Part shown: positions 55,206 to 59,851 of the stretch, piece by piece
How positions within the stretch are numbered: position 1 is the stretch's first letter
Layout: each line of letters begins with the position of its first letter
NCBI GenBank assembly: GCA_016741895.1
Contig: JACVCT010000001.1
Location: forward strand, 1-59,851
Direction: 5' to 3'
Length of the DNA: 59,851 bases
DNA from: Gemmatimonadaceae bacterium
Lineage (GTDB): Bacteria; Gemmatimonadota; Gemmatimonadetes; Gemmatimonadales; Gemmatimonadaceae
Program-made: the position numbers and the translations under genes
Notes under the pieces: model-generated
Databases searched by the model: none
What the model was told of the DNA's origin: nothing
The model's input: the letters and a program-made list of their open reading frames with translations, nothing else

Positions 55206-56515
55206 CAGCTGTTCTTTCTCCGGAGGATGACCCGCAGCGGCGACCCGTGGAATCCCCACTTCTCGCGGAAGCCGTTGTGCAGGAAGCGGATGTAGTGCTC
55301 GGGAATCGTTTCGGGATGATTGCCGAAGACCGCGATCGTGGGCGGCTCGACTTCCACCTGTGTGGCGTAGTTGAGCTTCACCTCGCGGCCGGCGGCCTGC
55401 GGCGGCTGACGACGGGCCAGCAGTTCCTCGAGCGCGTCGTTCACCTGCGAGGTGCTGATGCGACGCGTGCGCTGTTCCTGCACCTGCAGCACGAGGTCCA
55501 GCACCTTGGTGATGCGCTGTCCGGTCTTGGCCGATGTGAAGAGGAAGGGCACAAAGTTGAGATAGGGCACCTTTTCCACAGCATCCTTGCGGAACTTGTC
55601 GGCGCTCTTGTCAGTCTTGTCCTCGTACATGTCCCACTTGTTCACCACCAGAATCAGGCCGCGACCCGCCTCCCAGGCCATGGTCGCAATCTTGAGATCC
55701 TGATTCTGCAAGCCCTCGGTGGCGTCGATGACCAGCACGCACACATCTGCCGAATCGATGGCGCGGCGCGTGCGCAGCGACGAATAGAACTCGATGCCAT
55801 CGTCGATGCGCGACTGGCGGCGCAGGCCGGCCGTGTCCACGAACACCAGTTCCTTCCCATGATAGGACATGGGCGCATCGATGGCGTCGCGCGTGGTGCC
55901 CGACTCATCGCTCACCACCAGCCGGTCTTCACCCAGCAGCCGGTTCACGATGCTGGACTTGCCCACATTGGGTCGGCCGATGACAGCCACGCGTGTGGCG
56001 TTGGACGGCTCGTCGGCCTTCTCGGGAATGGCCTGCACGACGGCGTCGAGCAGATCGCCCGAGCCCTTGCCGTTGGACGCGGACACCGGATACACATCGG
56101 TCACGCCCAGCCGGTAGAACTCGTAGAAATCCGTGCTGTCCGGATTGTCGACCTTGTTGGCCACCAGCAGCCAGGGCTTGCGCGAGTTGCGCAGCAGGTC
56201 GCCGATGCGCGCGTCGCTGGGATGCACACCAACCTTGGCATCGACCACGAACAGCAGCAGATCGGCTTCCTCGATGGCCTGCATGACCTGCTGGCGAATG
56301 GCACTGTCCATGGGCAGGTCGGAGTCCTCCACCAGCCCACCGGTGTCCACCAGCCAGAAGTGATGCCCCGCCCACTCGGCCTCGCCGAAGTGGCGATCAC
56401 GTGTGGTGCCGGCTTCCTCACTGACGATGGCCGTGGCCTCGCCGATCACACGGTTGAACAGATGCGACTTGCCCACATTGGGGCGTCCGACAAGGGCAAC
56501 GACAGGTAAACTCAT
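55205..56515 (-). CDS. der: Ribosome biogenesis double GTPase Der/EngA
   Basis: Two GRPNVGKS P-loops, DTGG/DTAG, NKVD/NKWD. Confidence 0.98.
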   Translation of the reverse strand: MSLPVVALVGRPNVGKSHLFNRVIGEATAIVSEEAGTTRDRHFGEAEWAGHHFWLVDTGGLVEDSDLPMDSAIRQQVMQAIEEADLLLFVVDAKVGVHPSDARIGDLLRNSRKPWLLVANKVDNPDSTDFYEFYRLGVTDVYPVSASNGKGSGDLLDAVVQAIPEKADEPSNATRVAVIGRPNVGKSSIVNRLLGEDRLVVSDESGTTRDAIDAPMSYHGKELVFVDTAGLRRQSRIDDGIEFYSSLRTRRAIDSADVCVLVIDATEGLQNQDLKIATMAWEAGRGLILVVNKWDMYEDKTDKSADKFRKDAVEKVPYLNFVPFLFTSAKTGQRITKVLDLVLQVQEQRTRRISTSQVNDALEELLARRQPPQAAGREVKLNYATQVEVEPPTIAVFGNHPETIPEHYIRFLHNGFREKWGFHGSPLRVILRRKNS

Positions 56516-56523
56516 ATATGGGC

Positions 56524-57819
56524 TCAGGCGGCGGATCGAACCGCCGCGTCCCCTTCGGGGACGAGCGCATCGATGAAATCGTAGGAAGGATAGACCGGCA
56601 TGGGAAGCGATTCCCGCACGGCAACGAAGGACTCCTCGTCGAGGAACAGCCCGTTGTCGTTGATGCACTCTGCCGGAATGAGTGCCAGATCGAGGTCATG
56701 ACGGCCGGCGAGCACGCGCCGGATGTCGGCGCCCACCAGCAGTCCGGCCGTGGTGGTGGTGGGACCGAACAGCGAGTTCTCCGCCGCGATCAGGTCGAAG
56801 CGGGCGCCGGTGACGGCGCTGATCTGTTCGAGAAGCTCAGGCATGAGCGGTGTCATGGATACCCCGGTCACCACGCCAATGCGCTTGCCATCGAGACGCG
56901 GAAGCTGATCGAGCCCATCGCGCACCCGGGCACGCAGTGAGGTCACAGCACCCACGCCGTTCTCGATCTGCGCGAACTCGCCGTAGTGTTCCTCGTCCGG
57001 CAGCGGCACATCGGCCAGCAGATACAGCTCATCGGAACCGAACACCCAGCGGTCGTCGCGCTCGGCCAGCGCCCGCGCTTCCCAGGCGTGCACGCGGTCG
57101 AGCAGCGCCCCCGCGTTGGTGGCGTCCATCGGCTTGCCGGTGTAAAGGTGTGAGAACTGGGTCACGCCCACCGGCACGATGGCCACCGACAACACCGCCT
57201 GCCCCAGATTCCATAGATCGGTCAGCGACTGCTCGAGCACGTCGCCGTCGTTGAGGCCCGGCACGATGACCATCTGACAGTGGAACTGAATGCCACCGTC
57301 GGCCAGACGCTGCAACTGCTCAATGATGTTGGGCACACGCGGGTTGTTGAGCAGCACCTTGCGGGCTTCCCAGGGCGTGGCGTGCACCGACACGTAGAGA
57401 GGCGACAGGCGGTACTCGAGAATCCTTGCGATGTCACGTTCCTTCACATTCGACAAGGTCGCGAAGTTGCCGTAGGCAAACGACAGGCGATAGTCGTCGT
57501 CGCGGATGTACAGGCCCTTGCGCAGGCCCTTGGGCAGGCCCTCGATGAAGCAGAACTCGCAGCGGTTCGCGCAGCGGCGCACGGTGGGCGGCGCCAGCTC
57601 GAGGCCCATGGGACGGCCATCGCCGCGATCGACCTGCTTCGTGAACTCGCTGCCATCGGGCAGGCGCGCGGAAACCACGAACGATTCCTCGGCCGTGAGA
57701 AACTCCCAGTCGAGAAAATCCTCCAGCTGACGGTCGTTGACCGTGAGGAGTTCGGTGCCGGGCACCAGGCCGAGAGACTCAGCGAGGCTGCCCGGCTCGA
57801 TGTGCGTGACGCGAACCAT
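56524..57819 (-). CDS. DUF512 radical-SAM-like Fe-S protein with N-terminal PDZ-like domain
   Basis: CANRCEFC, DDDYRLSF, QIENGVG; upstream of der. Confidence 0.88.
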   Translation of the reverse strand: MVRVTHIEPGSLAESLGLVPGTELLTVNDRQLEDFLDWEFLTAEESFVVSARLPDGSEFTKQVDRGDGRPMGLELAPPTVRRCANRCEFCFIEGLPKGLRKGLYIRDDDYRLSFAYGNFATLSNVKERDIARILEYRLSPLYVSVHATPWEARKVLLNNPRVPNIIEQLQRLADGGIQFHCQMVIVPGLNDGDVLEQSLTDLWNLGQAVLSVAIVPVGVTQFSHLYTGKPMDATNAGALLDRVHAWEARALAERDDRWVFGSDELYLLADVPLPDEEHYGEFAQIENGVGAVTSLRARVRDGLDQLPRLDGKRIGVVTGVSMTPLMPELLEQISAVTGARFDLIAAENSLFGPTTTTAGLLVGADIRRVLAGRHDLDLALIPAECINDNGLFLDEESFVAVRESLPMPVYPSYDFIDALVPEGDAAVRSAA

Positions 57820-57831
57820 GATACCCGGGAC

Positions 57832-57864
57832 AAAAAAGGGGGACCGGCGCGCTGGCCTTCCCCC
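57832..57864 (-). terminator. Intrinsic terminator inside the DUF512-der leader
   Basis: GGGGGAAGGCCAGCGCGCCGGTCCCCC-TTTTTT, ending 12 nt before the ATG. Confidence 0.65.
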
Positions 57865-57905
57865 GGTGACGCAAGCGGGCGGCAACCTTGCGCTGCCGCC
57901 CACTT
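57832..57905 (-). ncRNA. Candidate ~75-nt small RNA or attenuated leader
   Basis: Promoter, 15-bp hairpin and U-tract terminator in series. Confidence 0.4.
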
Positions 57906-57910
57906 GAGAA

Positions 57911-57939
57911 AATCTAGGAACTGGACGCACCGAAGTCAA
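57911..57939 (-). promoter_or_regulatory. sigma70 promoter
   Basis: TTGACT-N17-TAGATT on the minus strand. Confidence 0.65.
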
Positions 57940-57989
57940 TCAAATTCATGCACTTCGGTGCGCGCCAGCGAGTGCTTTGCTGCCCCCGA

Positions 57990-59483
57990 CTACTTGAGTG
58001 GCGCGTAGCGCAAGGCCACCGCCTTGGGAGCGTCCACCTTCACGCTGAACGTGGTGCCCGAGCCCGCGTCGACCGGACCGATCGCCACGTCCTTGGTGGC
58101 CACCACCGCGCCCGCCTCATCCAGCAGCTCCAGCTTCATCGTCCAGCTGCCGGTCGCCTGCCCATCGTTCGTAACCGAGCCGCTCACCTGATAGGCATTG
58201 CCCGCCTTCGAGGCCAAGGTGATCTCGATCTTTGGCGTGGTCTTCTGCTGCTTGTCGAGGTAGAAGAGCACGGAGTCGTTGAACACCTTCTTCTTGGCCG
58301 CGTCCGACTCGGCCTGTGCCATGCGCTGCCAGTAGCCGGCCATGAGACGCCAGCCGCGCTCGAAGTTGGGGTCGAGCGTCATGAGCCGGGTGATGGCGGG
58401 TCCCATGCGCTGCGTGTCCTTCAGGTCAAAGAGCGTGGTGGCGTAGTTGTAGAGCGCGAAGCGGTGATTGGGGTTCTTGGTGAACCCGGCTTCGAAGAGG
58501 TTGATTGCATCCTGCGAGCGACCAGCCGCCGCCGCGTTGGATCCCGCCTCAAACAACTGGTCGGCCGTGAACTTGGCGGGATCCTTGACCATGTCGCCGA
58601 ACATGTTGGCCACCGCCGCCGTGTCGCCGGATAGGCGCAGTGCCCGGCCGAGCGCCTGCGACGCGTTGGCGTCACCCGGCGTATCCTTCAGAAAGGCCTC
58701 GAGTAATCCCCGGGCCTTGGTGATCTGGGCTTCCTTGGCCGCCCCTTCCCCGGCCTCGGCCTGCTGCAGATTGAGCACCGCAAGGTTGTAGCGGCTCTGC
58801 TGCTTGACGCGGGCATACAGCGTGTCGCTGCCCGAATACTCGATGACGCGCTCCATGGCGATGGTCGCGCTGTCCATCTGCCCGCGCTTCTGATACACCG
58901 AGGAAAGCACGTTCCAGGGCCGCGGGTCCTTGCCGGCCACCAGCATGGACATGTGCGCGTAGTACGAGGCCGAGTCATCCTGATCGGCGCTCATCGCGTT
59001 GATGGCCTTGTTGAGGATGTCACTGAAGAAGCGCGTGCGGAACGGGCGCACCTCGGCGGCACATTCGGGCATGAGCCGCTCCACCGCTGATGCGGCCGAG
59101 TCCACGGCCAGCAACAGGTTGTGGGTGCCTTCCTTGTTCGTGGTGAAGCCCATGTCTCCGCGCTTCATCTCGTACACGCCCTCGTTCTTCTCGAGGAACT
59201 GACGGTACGTGCGCAGCAGAAGAAACTGGCGTCCCGGCTCGTTCTTGATCTTTTCCGGCGCGTCAGTCAGCACACGGATGGAGTTCGCCAGATGCCGCGG
59301 CACTTCGTCATCCTTGCGCGAGTTGGCCGCCATCGACACGTACTGCCGGGCGCTTGCCAGCTGGAACGGACTCTTGTCGTTGATGTTGCACTCCTGCGCC
59401 GCAAGCGGGGCGGCCAACGGCGTTGCGCCGAGTGTCACCACCACCGCCATCGTCACGGCGTGCATCCACGTATTGCCCTTCAT
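57990..59483 (-). CDS. Secreted TPR protein with C-terminal FxLYD-like beta domain
   Basis: Signal peptide ending LAA-Q, TPR-like helices, GSVTNDG..LELLDEAGAVV; RBS GAGGAG. Confidence 0.75.
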   Translation of the reverse strand: MKGNTWMHAVTMAVVVTLGATPLAAPLAAQECNINDKSPFQLASARQYVSMAANSRKDDEVPRHLANSIRVLTDAPEKIKNEPGRQFLLLRTYRQFLEKNEGVYEMKRGDMGFTTNKEGTHNLLLAVDSAASAVERLMPECAAEVRPFRTRFFSDILNKAINAMSADQDDSASYYAHMSMLVAGKDPRPWNVLSSVYQKRGQMDSATIAMERVIEYSGSDTLYARVKQQSRYNLAVLNLQQAEAGEGAAKEAQITKARGLLEAFLKDTPGDANASQALGRALRLSGDTAAVANMFGDMVKDPAKFTADQLFEAGSNAAAAGRSQDAINLFEAGFTKNPNHRFALYNYATTLFDLKDTQRMGPAITRLMTLDPNFERGWRLMAGYWQRMAQAESDAAKKKVFNDSVLFYLDKQQKTTPKIEITLASKAGNAYQVSGSVTNDGQATGSWTMKLELLDEAGAVVATKDVAIGPVDAGSGTTFSVKVDAPKAVALRYAPLK

Positions 59484-59529
59484 CTCGTCTCCTCGGTGAG
59501 TCGGTCCTGCCGTTCGTCCCAATATAGGT

Positions 59530-59850
59530 TCAGGCGCGGTAGGACGCGCCACTGCCCGTGTTGTACACCACCACCTCGGAATCGGCAGCGATCCGTCCCG
59601 CCTGGACAGCATCCCGAAGCACCACGAGGGCACATCCACCCTCTGGCGCGGCATCAATTCCGGTGGCTTCGGCCAGGCGGCGGGTCCACCGCCGCATCTC
59701 GTCTTCGCCAGCCGTCCCGGCCACGCCCTGTGTTTCGCGGAGAATGCGCAGCAGCACCCGGTCCCCCAGTGGCGAGGGCACACGCAGGCCGGCCGCATAA
59801 GTGACCGGGTCCACCCAGGGCTCCGCGCGATCGTTCCCGGCGGCGTACGC
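59530..59850 (-). CDS. thrC: Threonine synthase, C-terminal part (truncated by window edge)
   Basis: TYAAGLRVP, APEGG, VVVYNTGSG (fold-type II PLP enzyme). Confidence 0.78.
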   Translation of the reverse strand, partial: AYAAGNDRAEPWVDPVTYAAGLRVPSPLGDRVLLRILRETQGVAGTAGEDEMRRWTRRLAEATGIDAAPEGGCALVVLRDAVQAGRIAADSEVVVYNTGSGASYRA

Positions 59851-59851
59851 G

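Overview
High-GC bacterial core-chromosome segment, probably from Gemmatimonadota (Gemmatimonas-like; inferred from gene content and order, not from a search). About 58 CDS and one tRNA-Arg(CCT); no phage, IS or CRISPR seen. From 1 to 48.3 kb nearly all genes are on + (nuoF-N, phosphomannomutase, UPF0182, sucCD, ndk, yceD-rpmF-plsX-fabHDG-acpP-fabF, futalosine mqnEAC, ispF, dedA, xerD, trpG/pabA, kdsB-pyrG-kdsACD-lptCAB-rpoN, a GT2/GT4/flippase/YfhO/PPM-synthase glycosylation cluster, dapF). From 48.8 kb on all genes are on - (thrC, TPR protein, DUF512-der-plsY-gpsA-merR-surE-pcm-orphan-acyP-apt-tRNA, YfgM-like). The two arms converge on a 575-bp intergenic region with a 28-bp dif-like site (48665-48692), and KOPS-like octamers flip polarity there, so this is probably the replication terminus. 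Main leads: (1) exported proteins, above all an LptA-like lipoprotein with about 29 copies, are loaded with the Bacteroidota O-glycosylation sequon D-(S/T)-(A/I/L/V/M/T) next to a YfhO GT-C/PPM-synthase/flippase cluster, suggesting a general protein O-glycosylation system; (2) DnaA-box-like motifs abut dif; (3) a sigma54 site overlaps the sigma70 start of the rpoN-containing operon; (4) structured RNA leaders precede sucC (pseudoknot) and DUF512-der (promoter, hairpin, terminator); (5) a PopZ-like disordered orphan follows surE-pcm; (6) complex I has unusual residue losses. All motif counts were made by eye.
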